Origin: Candidatus Moranbacteria bacterium GW2011_GWE2_35_2-
GTDB lineage: Bacteria > Patescibacteriota > Minisyncoccia > Moranbacterales > UBA9337
Direction: 5' to 3'
NCBI GenBank assembly: GCA_000990585.1
Contig: LBQD01000001.1
Location: 1 to 60,964, forward strand
DNA: 60,964 bases
A model generated the notes under the pieces. It saw nothing but the letters and a program-made list of their open reading frames with translations. It was not told the DNA's origin and made no database searches. The position numbers were made by a program, and so were the translations under genes. Positions 1 through 10,407 of this stretch are shown here, piece by piece (positions within the stretch are counted from its first letter, which is position 1; each line of letters opens with the position of its first letter).

Positions 1-466
<466 letters not shown>

Positions 467-657
467 CTTAATTTATTTTTTTGGTTTAGTGCATTCACTA
501 TAGTGTGCATTACGCCGCGAGTTAACAGTTAATAGTTACTTTACATTTTATCCATAGAATATGAAGCATAAAATATGAAGCAATGAAATGATTTTTTTCA
601 TTATGACTTTGTGTTATGTGTTTTTATATTCTGTGCTATGTGAAGGATAGATTGCAT

Positions 658-775
658 CGTCTTGGTGGTTTTTGCGAAGGAGGTACACCTGATCCCATCT
701 CGAACTCAGAAGTTAAGCCCTTTAGCTCCAATGATACCCCGTTTATTCGGAGGAAAGTAGGTCGCCGCCAAGACA
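658..775 (+). rRNA. rrf: 5S rRNA
   Basis: 'cttggtgg...cacctgatcccatctcgaactcagaagttaagc...ccgccaagac' with a terminal helix; flanked by an extended precursor stem (attgcat...atgcaat). Confidence 0.88.
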
Positions 776-789
776 ATGCAATTTATTGA

Positions 790-820
790 AAATCCCGACG
801 TCGCGTCGGGATTTTTGTTT
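790..820 (+). terminator. Intrinsic terminator after the rRNA operon
   Basis: 9-bp stem atcccgacg/cgtcgggat followed by a T-run. Confidence 0.8.
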
Positions 821-893
821 TGAAAAATATCGCTGGCTTTTTTTTTGTTTTTTTTGTAAAATAAAGAAAGAACGAATTTTTTTAATAAAAACT

Positions 894-1706
894 ATGTCGA
901 ATACGGTCAAGAGAATTATCATAATTTCAATTTATTTTCTGGTTTTTTTCGGTATTGTTTTTTCTGTTTATAAATTTTTACAGCCGAAACCCACATGTAG
1001 TGATGGAATTCTTAATCAAAATGAAGAACAGGTGGACTGTGGAGGAGTGTGCGAAGCGTGCATTCGAGAAATTTCAGTTAATGAAATTGAAATAGTTGAA
1101 AGTGGTTTTGTTTATGGAGGAAATAATAAATTTGATGCTTTTGCTAAAATAAAAAATCCCAATCATCAATACGGAAGTTCTTTTTTTGAATATCATTTTA
1201 TTTTGAAAGATTCGGGTGGTAATATTGTTGGAGAAAAGAAAGAATCGGGTTTTATTTTGCCCTATGAAACAAAGTATATCATTGAAACCAATATAGAATC
1301 GAATCAAAGTCCCGTCGAATTGGAAGTAATAATTTCTAATGAGCAATGGGAAGAATTTTCCGGATATGAAGAGCCGGCGCTAGGAATTTATAATAAGCGT
1401 TTTAGTGATTCTGAGGGAGGTGTTTTCACTGCTGAGGCAGCAGGGCTTATGCGCAACGATAGTTATTTTGATTTTGGTTCAATAAAGGTCAATATTATAT
1501 TAAGGAACGAGCAGGAGGATGTTGTCGCAGTGAATACTTCAGTTTTAAATACTATAAAATCCGGAGAAGAACGTGAGTTTCGTGTTACTTGGCCATATCG
1601 TTTTGATTTTTCAGTGAGAAATTTTGAAGCGGAAGCGGAGGCTGATGTATATGATGCTGATAATTTCATTCAAGGATATCTTACTGGAAGACGCATAGAA
1701 AAATAA
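894..1706 (+). CDS. Hypothetical membrane-anchored secreted protein with a small Cys motif (CSDG..NQNEEQVDCGGVCEAC)
   Basis: ATG at 894 is chosen because the upstream part of the ORF overlaps the rRNA terminator. One N-terminal TM helix; no recognised family. Confidence 0.6.
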   Translation: MSNTVKRIIIISIYFLVFFGIVFSVYKFLQPKPTCSDGILNQNEEQVDCGGVCEACIREISVNEIEIVESGFVYGGNNKFDAFAKIKNPNHQYGSSFFEYHFILKDSGGNIVGEKKESGFILPYETKYIIETNIESNQSPVELEVIISNEQWEEFSGYEEPALGIYNKRFSDSEGGVFTAEAAGLMRNDSYFDFGSIKVNIILRNEQEDVVAVNTSVLNTIKSGEEREFRVTWPYRFDFSVRNFEAEAEADVYDADNFIQGYLTGRRIEK

Positions 1707-1720
1707 ATCTTGAATAAGTT

Positions 1721-2836
1721 ATGATAAACAGATTTTTAAAAATAGACTGGGTTTTGACTGTATCCGCAGCATTGCTTCTGGGTCTTGGTTTACTGGCTTT
1801 GTATAGCATTTCCACTGCTAAACAGGGAATGGAAATGAATATTTTTTCTAAGCAGGTATTGTTTTCTTTTATTGCCGTGGCAGTGGCGATTTTTTTTTCG
1901 ATTGTTGATTATCATTATTTTCAATCATATGGAAATGCTGTTTATTTTATTACTCTTGGGATTTTATTGGCAGTTATTTTTTTTGGTGTAAGTATTCGAG
2001 GAACTTCCGGTTGGATAGGCGTGGGACCTTTTCATATTCAGCCGGTGGAAATTTCCAAAATTTCGCTTATAATTTTTTTGGCAAGTTTCTTTTCAGCTAA
2101 AAGAATGGAATTAGGGGAGATGTCCAAAATCGTTGCTTCATTGGTTTTATCTTTATCGATGATTTTTTTGGTTATTAAACAGCCTGATTTCGGTAGCGCA
2201 ATGATTCTTTCGGGAATTTGGATTGGAATGACATTACTTTCCGGAATTAGTAAAAAAAATATAGTTGTTTTGTTTTTTCTTGGAATTTTTGTTGTTGCAT
2301 TTGGGTGGTTCTTTTTGGCTCCCTATCAAAAAGAAAGGCTGGCAAATCTTTTTAATCCACAGTCGGATCCTCAAGGAAGCGGGTATAATGTTATTCAGTC
2401 GATTGTGGCGGTTGGTTCTGGAGGAATGGCAGGTAAAGGTATAGGACACGGGTCTCAATCTCAACTTAATTTTTTACCGGAAAAACATACTGATTTTATT
2501 TTTGCAGTAATTGTCGAAGAACTTGGCGTTTGGGGAGCTTTTCTGGTTTTGTTTTTATTCGGGGTTATCTTTTATCGGATAAAAAAAATAGCCATAAGCG
2601 CTAAAGATAATTTCGGATATTTAATTGCTGTCGGAATTATGATAATGTTTTTTTTGCAGATTTTAATAAATATCGGAATGAATATCGGAATAATGCCGGT
2701 TACAGGAATTCCTTTGCCGTTTCTTAGTTACGGAGGAAGTTCTTTGGTGAGTGTTTTTGCTGCTATGGGAATTTTGATAAATATTCAATCAAGGGGCGAA
2801 AAAGGATCTGACTTGCCGGTAATGCAGTCATATTGA
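1721..2836 (+). CDS. SEDS-family peptidoglycan glycosyltransferase (FtsW/RodA)
   Basis: About 10 TM segments; motifs 'QPDFGSA', 'GSGYNVIQS', 'GHGSQSQLNFLPEKHTDFIFA', 'PVTGIPLPFLSYGGSS'. Confidence 0.9.
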   Translation: MINRFLKIDWVLTVSAALLLGLGLLALYSISTAKQGMEMNIFSKQVLFSFIAVAVAIFFSIVDYHYFQSYGNAVYFITLGILLAVIFFGVSIRGTSGWIGVGPFHIQPVEISKISLIIFLASFFSAKRMELGEMSKIVASLVLSLSMIFLVIKQPDFGSAMILSGIWIGMTLLSGISKKNIVVLFFLGIFVVAFGWFFLAPYQKERLANLFNPQSDPQGSGYNVIQSIVAVGSGGMAGKGIGHGSQSQLNFLPEKHTDFIFAVIVEELGVWGAFLVLFLFGVIFYRIKKIAISAKDNFGYLIAVGIMIMFFLQILINIGMNIGIMPVTGIPLPFLSYGGSSLVSVFAAMGILINIQSRGEKGSDLPVMQSY

Positions 2837-2862
2837 TTTTTATAAAAATAAAATAAAATAAA

Positions 2863-3489
2863 ATGGAGAATAATGTAATCATACTTTTGTTAGAGGTAGC
2901 AATTTCGTTTTTTTTGGTTGGTTTTGTTACTTGGTATGGAACTGGAATTGATGATTTGCTTTTTATGTCGATAGTATTCAAAAAGAAAAGCCACAAAGAA
3001 AAAGTGGCAATGTTTTTCGGCAATCTTTTTGCAGTAGGAGTTTTGGTTTCTTTAGCCGCCTATCTTTCTCATTTCAGTCAATATTTGGAGGAATATCCGA
3101 TGGCTTTGCGTCTTCCTGGATTGATTCCGATGATGATCGGATTTTCTGAAATCAGGCGGTTAGCACAAAAGAAAAGCGGAAAGAAAAAAGAAAAAAGCAA
3201 TATTCACACAAAGAGAGGGACAAATCTGTTTATGTTCTCTTTTTTTCTGTATGCTTTTAATAGTGTAGATGATTTTGTTGTCACATCTTCAATTTTTATC
3301 GCCAATAGTGAGATGATAAAAATTGTTTCTTACGGATTGGGATTTATTTTCGGTAGTGCAGTTTCTCTTTTTTTAGCTTCTAAATTTTCTAGAATAACGC
3401 AAAAAATACGCTTTTTGGAGTTTTTGGCGCCGGTAGTTATTGTTGCTATTGGAACGTTAATCCTTTCCGGATTTTTCCTGAATCATTAA
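2863..3489 (+). CDS. Integral membrane protein, possibly a CadD-like transporter
   Basis: Multi-TM; 'GTGIDDLLFM' near the N-terminus resembles the CadD-family 'NIDD' motif. Weak assignment. Confidence 0.4.
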   Translation: MENNVIILLLEVAISFFLVGFVTWYGTGIDDLLFMSIVFKKKSHKEKVAMFFGNLFAVGVLVSLAAYLSHFSQYLEEYPMALRLPGLIPMMIGFSEIRRLAQKKSGKKKEKSNIHTKRGTNLFMFSFFLYAFNSVDDFVVTSSIFIANSEMIKIVSYGLGFIFGSAVSLFLASKFSRITQKIRFLEFLAPVVIVAIGTLILSGFFLNH

Positions 3490-3582
3490 GATTTGTCGCT
3501 TGACTGTTCGGTAATAAAGTGATATTCTGAACAAAGGTTATTTATATGGTGCGCGATTGCGTTTTTTGTTTTTTCCGCTATA

Positions 3583-3912
3583 ATGGCGAATATGAAAAAT
3601 ATGGAAAAAAACCTGAAACATTTAATTAAATGTCCCGCTTGTCAGAAGAAATATCAGCATAGGCGGACAATAATAATAGAGGATAGTGGAGATCGGACGG
3701 TTTTTCATTTGACTTGCCAAAATTGTCAAACAGCGAGTTTGGTTTTTGTTTCTCGCAGTAAAATAGGAGTAGTGAGTTTGGGGATGGCGACCGATTTAAG
3801 TGCGGATGATGTTAGAATTTTTTTTGGTAAAGAACCGATATCCTCCAATCATGTAATAGATGTATATGAAAAATTAAAAAAAGAAGGCGTGAAATTGAGT
3901 AATTTTATTTAA
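3583..3912 (+). CDS. Hypothetical zinc-ribbon protein
   Basis: CPAC...CQNC pairs; no recognised family. Confidence 0.55.
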   Translation: MANMKNMEKNLKHLIKCPACQKKYQHRRTIIIEDSGDRTVFHLTCQNCQTASLVFVSRSKIGVVSLGMATDLSADDVRIFFGKEPISSNHVIDVYEKLKKEGVKLSNFI

Positions 3913-3933
3913 TTTAATAAATCTAAAAAATAT

Positions 3934-4602
3934 ATGACAAATAATATTTCTGTAAAAGCTCAGATTAGAGAAGAATCAGGGAAGAAGGTGAAGACTTTGC
4001 GCAAAGAAGGAAAGGTTCCAGCGGTTGTGTATGGAAAGAAAATCAAAGCTCAAAATCTTTGGGTGAATGCTCTTGATTTTCGTCGTGTGTATGAAAAAGC
4101 AGGGGAAAATACCTTGATTGATTTAGAAATTGGAGAGGGGAAAAAAATGAGTGTTTTGATTTATGATACTCAGGTTGATCCACTTGTTGGAAATTTTTCT
4201 CATGTTGATTTTTTTCAGGTGCGTATGGATGAGGAAATTGAAACCGAGATTCCTTTGGAATTTGTCGGAGAAGCTCCGGCGGTAAAAAATTTAGGTGGAA
4301 TTTTAGTTACAGGAATTGATGAAGTCCCAATTAGATGTCTTCCGGGAAATATGCCTTCTGAATTTAAAATTAATTTGTCTGTTTTGGAAACTTTTGAAGA
4401 TAAAATTGCTGTAAAAGATTTGCCGGCTTCTGATAAAGTCGAGTTTTTGGTTGATGCGGAAACAATAATCGCCTCTATTGCTGCTCCTCGAAGCGAAGAA
4501 GAATTGGCGGACTTGAATGAAAAAGTGGAGGAAGATGTGAGTAATGTGGCAGGAGTAGAAAAGAAAGAAGTGGAGGGAGAAAAGAAAGAAGAGAAAAAAT
4601 AA
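3934..4602 (+). CDS. rplY: 50S ribosomal protein L25 / Ctc form
   Basis: 'GKVPAVVYG', 'LIYDTQVDPL...HVDF', a two-domain Ctc-like length and an acidic/Lys-rich tail. Confidence 0.88.
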   Translation: MTNNISVKAQIREESGKKVKTLRKEGKVPAVVYGKKIKAQNLWVNALDFRRVYEKAGENTLIDLEIGEGKKMSVLIYDTQVDPLVGNFSHVDFFQVRMDEEIETEIPLEFVGEAPAVKNLGGILVTGIDEVPIRCLPGNMPSEFKINLSVLETFEDKIAVKDLPASDKVEFLVDAETIIASIAAPRSEEELADLNEKVEEDVSNVAGVEKKEVEGEKKEEKK

Positions 4603-4620
4603 TACTTTAAATATTATAGA

Positions 4621-4648
4621 AACCCCGGCGTAATGTCGGGGTTTTTGT
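4621..4648 (+). terminator. Intrinsic terminator after rplY
   Basis: ccccg...cgggg hairpin followed by tttttgtgttt. Confidence 0.7.
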
Positions 4649-4691
4649 GTTTGCAATGCGCTTTTAAAAATGATAAAATGTAGTCAAGGTT

Positions 4692-5978
4692 ATGATAATA
4701 AAAATAAAAAGAGCAGTCGTTTTGACAATTGCCATTTTTATGGTGAGTTTTTTGTTTTTTTCTTCTTTTTCTTTTCCTGTTGTTCAGCTTGCAAAAGGAG
4801 CAGATGATTTGTTGGAAGAATACAAGAATAAGGAAGATGATTTAACCAAGGATTTGGAAAAAGCTCAAGATGCTTATGATAGATATACAGGTGATGTTCA
4901 AAGGCTTCAAGGTGCGGTCAATAGTACTCAATCGGTAATAAATCAAGCGGCAAATGTGATTGAAACCGCTGAGGAAATTATTATTCGCAAGGAAGGAGAA
5001 ATTAAAAAAATTGAAGATACTATTGAAAAACAAAAAGAAATTCTAGTAAGACTTATTCAAGAGGCGTATTATAATTACAGCCGCCCGCTTTTTTATGTCG
5101 CCATAAATAATGATAATATTACGGAAACGTTTGCTATGCGGGATCATTTGTCAGGATTGAAAAAAAAAGTTGTAGTTATGATGGATGAAATAAAGCAGTC
5201 CCAGCAAGTACTTGAAAATGAAAAAGGAGAGTTGCAAGAAAAAAAGCAGGAACATGAAGAGATTTTGGAAGAAAAGCAGGATGAAAAAAATATTTTAGTA
5301 AATGAAAAAGAGGTTTTTGAACAAAAAGTTGCAGCAAAGGCGGCAACCATTAGTGAAATTCAGCAGAAACTTAGTGAATTGAAAAATGATTTGAATAAAA
5401 TTCTTGGAAAAAGTTATGATACCGGGGATGTTAAGGATGCAATAAAATTTGCCAATAAGCAAACGGGAGTAAGTAAAGGATTTTTATTTGGAATGCTGTC
5501 AATTGAATCGCGATTAGGTGCTTCTGTCGGTGGTTGTGATTATAAAGAGAGTCGTATGAGCGATTATCGCAAAACTTTATTTAAAGATATTTGCGAAGAA
5601 TTGAATTATAGCTACAAAAAAATGAAAGTTTCTTGTCCGCCAGCAAGTTATTCCGGAACCGGAGGGGCAATGGGAGCGGCACAGTTTATGTCTGATACAT
5701 GGATGGGATATAAAAGTCAAATTGCAGCAACTACCGGACATAATCCTCCTGATCCTTGGAATTTGGTTGATGGTGTTATGGCAATGGCTTTGAAATTGAA
5801 AAATGATGAAGCTACTGCTAAAGATGATATTCGGATAATAAGTCCGTGTTCAAATAAAAAAATATATGTAGATCCAGAGATTTACGCTTCAATGAAATAT
5901 CTCGGTTGGTCTTGTTATGCTTTGGAAAACTATGGACCAAGAATTCAATCTCTAAAAGATGGATACGATAAATTATGA
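4692..5978 (+). CDS. Secreted coiled-coil protein with a C-terminal MltB/SLT_2-like lytic transglycosylase domain
   Basis: N-terminal TM/signal, about 230 aa of heptad-rich E/K/Q sequence, then 'GFLFGMLSIESRLG' and 'GGAMGAAQFMSDTW' (the GxMGxxQFMPxT-type motif of MltB-like enzymes). Confidence 0.7.
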   Translation: MIIKIKRAVVLTIAIFMVSFLFFSSFSFPVVQLAKGADDLLEEYKNKEDDLTKDLEKAQDAYDRYTGDVQRLQGAVNSTQSVINQAANVIETAEEIIIRKEGEIKKIEDTIEKQKEILVRLIQEAYYNYSRPLFYVAINNDNITETFAMRDHLSGLKKKVVVMMDEIKQSQQVLENEKGELQEKKQEHEEILEEKQDEKNILVNEKEVFEQKVAAKAATISEIQQKLSELKNDLNKILGKSYDTGDVKDAIKFANKQTGVSKGFLFGMLSIESRLGASVGGCDYKESRMSDYRKTLFKDICEELNYSYKKMKVSCPPASYSGTGGAMGAAQFMSDTWMGYKSQIAATTGHNPPDPWNLVDGVMAMALKLKNDEATAKDDIRIISPCSNKKIYVDPEIYASMKYLGWSCYALENYGPRIQSLKDGYDKL

Positions 5979-6105
5979 TTTTTTATGTAAAAGTCTTATA
6001 AATCATAGTTCGAAACCGACCCTTGCGGTGGTTGGAAAGTTGTGGTAGAGTAGGAGTATTGAGCCTCGAAATGAGGCGGGTGATATTTTTTATTGTACCA
6101 TTTTG

Positions 6106-6777
6106 ATGGCTTCGGATAATTTTGACAGAGAAATAGATATTCAAGAAGACGTTTCATACGGCGTTGGCGGTTTTTTCGTGGAAATAATCAAAATATTCTT
6201 TTTAGCTTTGATTATTATTATTCCTATCCGTGTGTTTGTTTTTCAGCCCTTTTTTGTTCAAGGTGCTAGCATGGAACCGAGTTTCGATGACGGAGAATAT
6301 TTAATTGTTAATGAAATAGGATACAAAAAAACCGAAATTGGAATTGAAGATATGAAAATCGCCACACTTAATCCATTTCGCAAACTTGAAAGAGGTGATG
6401 TGATAGTTTTTCGTTACCCAAAAGATCCAAGACAATTTTACATTAAAAGAGTTATCGGTTTGCCTAAAGAAACAATAGAAATAAAGGATGGAAAAGTATT
6501 GATATATAATGATCAATGGTCGGGAGGAAAGGTGTTGGACGAGAGTGATTATTTAGACAAGAATGTCACAACGCAAACCCACGAAGGAGGATCTGATTTT
6601 ATCAAAACAATAGGTAAGGATGAATATTTTGTTATGGGAGACAATCGTCCAAACAGTTCTGATTCGAGATTTTGGGGAGCGATTCATAATACTGATGTTA
6701 TTGGAAAAGTATTGATTAGAGCGTGGCCGTTAAATAGAATGCATTTATATTTGCAGGCTACGGATTATCCTTTATAA
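6106..6777 (+). CDS. lepB: Signal peptidase I
   Basis: 'QGASMEPSF' (catalytic Ser box), 'YIKRVIGLP', 'GDNRPNSSDSR'. Confidence 0.92.
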   Translation: MASDNFDREIDIQEDVSYGVGGFFVEIIKIFFLALIIIIPIRVFVFQPFFVQGASMEPSFDDGEYLIVNEIGYKKTEIGIEDMKIATLNPFRKLERGDVIVFRYPKDPRQFYIKRVIGLPKETIEIKDGKVLIYNDQWSGGKVLDESDYLDKNVTTQTHEGGSDFIKTIGKDEYFVMGDNRPNSSDSRFWGAIHNTDVIGKVLIRAWPLNRMHLYLQATDYPL

Positions 6778-6814
6778 TTTTTAAGATGATTGAGTGTTAA
6801 TTTTCAAAAATAAT

Positions 6815-8227
6815 ATGCCAAGAAAAAAAATTACTGCAAAAAAGACCAGTATTGTTAAGGGGAACAAAGTTAAAAAAGCGGATCGAAAAAATTCCAATTC
6901 TATTCCTGAAGAGCCGATTCTTCTTCAAACCGTGCGAGGGATGCATGATATTTTGCCCGGAGAACAACCATATTGGAATCAAGTGCGTAATGTTTTGGAA
7001 AAATCTTGCCAAAAATTTGGATATCAGAGAATAGATGTTCCTGTTTTGGAATATGCCAATCTTTTTGTGCGTTCAATTGGAGAAGGAACGGATGTCGTGG
7101 ATAAAGAGTTATATTCTTTTGTGACTCGCGGAAAGGACAAAGTGGCGCTTCGCCCTGAATTTACTGCCGGAGTTGCGCGTGCGTATATTCAGCACGGAAT
7201 GAATGTTTATGCAAAACCGGTAAAACTTTTTTCTTTCGGAACCGTCTATCGTTACGATCGACCGCAAGAAGGAAGATATCGTGAGCATTGGCAGGCAAAT
7301 TTTGATGTTTTCGGAGAAGATGATCCGATTTTGGACGCGCAAGTTTTTCAATTAGCCGATGGAGTGCTTAGCAGTTTAGGAATAAAGGGTGTGCAATTCC
7401 AAGTCAACAGTATCGGATGTCCTCAGTGTCGGAAGGAATATTTGCAACTTTTGGTGAGCTATTTTGAATCGAAAAAACAGAAATTGTGCAAGGATTGCAA
7501 AACAAGATTGGAAATTAATCCTTTGCGAATACTTGATTGTAAAGAAGACAAATGTTCTCAGGTGGCTTCCGGAGCACCTCAAACAGTAGATCATCTTTGT
7601 ACTGATTGTCGAACACATTTCAAGAGCCTTTTGGAATATTTAGATGAATTGGAATTGTCATATACCATTAATCCGCATTTGGTGAGAGGTTTGGATTATT
7701 ATACTAGAACTGTTTTTGAAATTTGGACGCTGGATGAAGGAGGAAAAAAACATTCATTGGGAGGCGGTGGACGTTATAATGGATTGATTGAAAAAATTGG
7801 TGGAGAGAGTACGCCGGCGATTGGTTTTGGTTTGGGAATCGAGCGTTTAGTGATGGAAATGAAAAGAATTAATGCTAAATCATACAAGCCGCCTCGACCG
7901 AAAGTTTTCTTGGCTCAACTTGGAAGTTTGGCAAAAAAGAAAAGTCTTCGTTTATTTGCCGAGTTGGAAAGGAATGGAATACTTACTGCCGAGAGTTTCG
8001 GAAGAGGAAGTCTTAAGTCGCAAATGCGTGCGGCAAATCGTTTAGGAGTTGATATAACTTTGATCATAGGGCAAAAGGAAGCATTGGATGAGACTGTTAT
8101 TGTGAAAAATATGACAAGTGGAACGCAAGAAACGATGACTCAATCCAAATTAGTTGGTGCGATCAAAAAAGCGCTTAAGAGTAAATTAATAATCCGTAAT
8201 GGAAACGGTGAACATAAAAGCTATTAA
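6815..8227 (+). CDS. hisS: Histidyl-tRNA synthetase with a Lys-rich N-terminal extension and a Cys-rich insertion domain
   Basis: 'RGMHDILP', 'LRPEFTAGVARAY', 'YRYDRPQEGRYREHWQ', 'GGGGRYNGL', 'GFGLGIERL'. ATG at 6815 preferred over the upstream alternative start. Confidence 0.93.
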   Translation: MPRKKITAKKTSIVKGNKVKKADRKNSNSIPEEPILLQTVRGMHDILPGEQPYWNQVRNVLEKSCQKFGYQRIDVPVLEYANLFVRSIGEGTDVVDKELYSFVTRGKDKVALRPEFTAGVARAYIQHGMNVYAKPVKLFSFGTVYRYDRPQEGRYREHWQANFDVFGEDDPILDAQVFQLADGVLSSLGIKGVQFQVNSIGCPQCRKEYLQLLVSYFESKKQKLCKDCKTRLEINPLRILDCKEDKCSQVASGAPQTVDHLCTDCRTHFKSLLEYLDELELSYTINPHLVRGLDYYTRTVFEIWTLDEGGKKHSLGGGGRYNGLIEKIGGESTPAIGFGLGIERLVMEMKRINAKSYKPPRPKVFLAQLGSLAKKKSLRLFAELERNGILTAESFGRGSLKSQMRAANRLGVDITLIIGQKEALDETVIVKNMTSGTQETMTQSKLVGAIKKALKSKLIIRNGNGEHKSY

Positions 8228-8233
8228 AAATCA

Positions 8234-8626
8234 ATGTGTGTATTTTGTAAAATAGTAGCGGGGGAAATTCAAAGTCATAAAGTATATGAAGATGATAATT
8301 TTTTGGCATTTTTGGATATTCGTCCGCTTAATATCGGGCACACATTAATTATTCCGAAAAAACATTATCGCTGGGCATGGGACGTTCCGAATATCGGAGA
8401 ATATTATCAAGTAGCGGGAAAAATTGCTAATGCGTTGAAGAAAACATTTAAGACGGAGTATGTCATATCGTTGGTTTTCGGGGAAGAAGTGGAGCATGCG
8501 CATATTTGGTTGGTTCCGAGATTTCCCAATGATGGACATGGCGCCTCAATTGATCTAAATAATATTAAAGAACTGAGTGAAGATGAAATGATTCGAACGG
8601 CTAAAAAAATAAAGGATAATTTATAA
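8234..8626 (+). CDS. HIT-family (histidine triad) protein
   Basis: 'CVFCKI', 'NIGHTLIIPKKH', histidine triad 'EHAHIWLVP'. Confidence 0.88.
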   Translation: MCVFCKIVAGEIQSHKVYEDDNFLAFLDIRPLNIGHTLIIPKKHYRWAWDVPNIGEYYQVAGKIANALKKTFKTEYVISLVFGEEVEHAHIWLVPRFPNDGHGASIDLNNIKELSEDEMIRTAKKIKDNL

Positions 8627-8658
8627 ATATAGAATTAATTAAGAAAGGGGGTTTTTGT

Positions 8659-8913
8659 ATGATTGAAGTAAAAAAGAAGGATAGGGAAGCTTCGGACAGT
8701 TTGATTCGAAGGTTTTCTCGAATGGTTCAACAAAGCGGAGTTTTGGTGAAAGCCAGAAGAAGTCGTTTTCAGAAAGACGAGAAAAGCAAAACAGAAAAGC
8801 GAAAGGAAGCTCTGTATAAAGTAAAAATACGAAAAGAAATTGAAAAATTGAAGAAAATGGATAAATTTGACGAAGAAGCTCTGAGGAATATTAAAAGAAA
8901 AATGGAAAAATAG
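8659..8913 (+). CDS. rpsU: 30S ribosomal protein S21
   Basis: 'SDSLIRRFSRMVQQSGVL...ARRSRFQKDEKSKTEKRK', typical S21 pattern and size. Confidence 0.85.
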   Translation: MIEVKKKDREASDSLIRRFSRMVQQSGVLVKARRSRFQKDEKSKTEKRKEALYKVKIRKEIEKLKKMDKFDEEALRNIKRKMEK

Positions 8914-9046
8914 ACAGAATTCCAAAATTCAAATCTCAAAGCGCAAAATTACAAATTTAAGATGTAAAAATTGCGCTTTGTATTGTGGATTGTGAATAGA
9001 CAATAGATAGGAGAAATATCGATAAAATATTTATTTTAATAAAAAA

Positions 9047-9496
9047 ATGGAACTGAGAAAAAAAATTCAAGATGATATAAAAGAAGCGATGAAGGCCGGA
9101 GATGTCGTTTCACGCGATGTTTTGCGAATGCTTGATAGTATGATTAAAAATACTGAGATAGAAAAGGGAAAAAGAGAACAGGGGCTTGATAATGATGAAG
9201 TGGTGGAGTTGGTTGCTCGTTCAATTAAACAAAGAAAAGACAGTGCGGAGCAATATAGAAACGGAGGACGTGAAGATTTGGCGGAAAAAGAATACGGAGA
9301 AATAGGGATTTTAACGCAGTATCTTCCAGAGCAACTGGATGAAGACGAGTTGCGTCAAATTATCCGAAGCGAAATTGAAAAATCCGGAGCAAAAAGCAAA
9401 GAAGGAATGGGAAAAATTATGGGAGTGGTGATGGCGAAAGTAAAAGGGAAAGCCGAGGGAGGGATGGTGAAGAAAATTGTCGAAGAGGAATTATGA
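9047..9496 (+). CDS. GatB/YqeY domain protein
   Basis: 'IKEAMKAGD...RDVLRML', 'KQRKDSAEQYRNGGREDLAEKE..E', 'GKIMGVVMAK'. Confidence 0.88.
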   Translation: MELRKKIQDDIKEAMKAGDVVSRDVLRMLDSMIKNTEIEKGKREQGLDNDEVVELVARSIKQRKDSAEQYRNGGREDLAEKEYGEIGILTQYLPEQLDEDELRQIIRSEIEKSGAKSKEGMGKIMGVVMAKVKGKAEGGMVKKIVEEEL

Positions 9497-9990
9497 ATTT
9501 GATTTTGGAAATAAACAATAAGACGGGTTGCAAAGTGGAAAAATATTTGTTGGAAAAAATTTTTCAAAGCACTATCAGAAAAACAAAGAAATTTGAAATT
9601 TTATCCGGTAAAAAGGTTTCCGTGAGTGTGGCATTGGTGAGTTTGGATGAAATTCGGCAAATAAATAAAAAATATAGAAAAAAAGATACACCGACTGATA
9701 TTCTTTCTTTTTCCAATTTTGAGAATTTGAGCGAAAAGGAAAAAATAAAAAAAAATATTTTTCTCGGAGAAATAATACTTTGCTGTGAATATATAAAAAA
9801 ATCTGCTAAAATAAACAATATGAGTTTTTCTGCAGAATTATGTTATATATTTTCCCACGGAGTTCTCCATTTACTGGGGATTAGGCATGGAAAAGAAATG
9901 TTTTCGATTCAAGATTCTGTTGTCGGTTTGTTTTTTGCAAAAAAATGTTTGGATAATGATGAATATGTAAATCCTAAAATAAAAAAATGA
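9493..9990 (+). CDS. ybeY: rRNA maturation endoribonuclease YbeY
   Basis: 'TDILSF' and the zinc motif 'SHGVLHLLGIRHG'; ATGA overlap with the upstream gene. Confidence 0.88.
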   Translation: MNLILEINNKTGCKVEKYLLEKIFQSTIRKTKKFEILSGKKVSVSVALVSLDEIRQINKKYRKKDTPTDILSFSNFENLSEKEKIKKNIFLGEIILCCEYIKKSAKINNMSFSAELCYIFSHGVLHLLGIRHGKEMFSIQDSVVGLFFAKKCLDNDEYVNPKIKK

Positions 9991-10370
9991 AACAAGAAAA
10001 TCGAATTCGTAATTTTAGAAAAAGCTTGAGTCATGCTGCGCGCGGATTTTTTTATGCGTTCAAAAATGAGAGAAATTTTCAAATAGAATTATTAGCGGCT
10101 GTGGCGGTTTTGTTTTTGATTTGGTATTTTAAGATTAAAAATTGGGAGGCGATAATTTTAGTGTTGATGATTATGTGGGTTTTAGTGGCTGAACTTATAA
10201 ATACAGTAATGGAAAGAGTTGTAGATATGCTAAAGCCGCGGATTCATCCTTATGCGCGATTAATTAAGGATATTATGGCAGCGGTTGTTTTGATTTCTTC
10301 CGTAGTGGCCTTGGTAGTTGGAATAATAATTTTTTTACCGTATTTAAGAGACTTTTCAAATAGATTCTAA
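9987..10370 (+). CDS. dgkA: Diacylglycerol/undecaprenol kinase (DgkA family)
   Basis: Three TM helices; 'ERNFQIEL' and 'AELINTVMERVVD' motifs; 127 aa. Confidence 0.85.
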   Translation: MKQENRIRNFRKSLSHAARGFFYAFKNERNFQIELLAAVAVLFLIWYFKIKNWEAIILVLMIMWVLVAELINTVMERVVDMLKPRIHPYARLIKDIMAAVVLISSVVALVVGIIIFLPYLRDFSNRF

Positions 10371-10407
10371 ATGGATTTTATTTATTTTTCAAATTATTCA
10401 TATTTTT

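Noticed and set aside
9490-9500. Alternative genetic code (UGA as sense), as in some CPR lineages
   Set aside because: TGA terminates well-conserved genes at the expected length (for example the YqeY-like gene). RF2 is also present with its UGA-dependent frameshift site.
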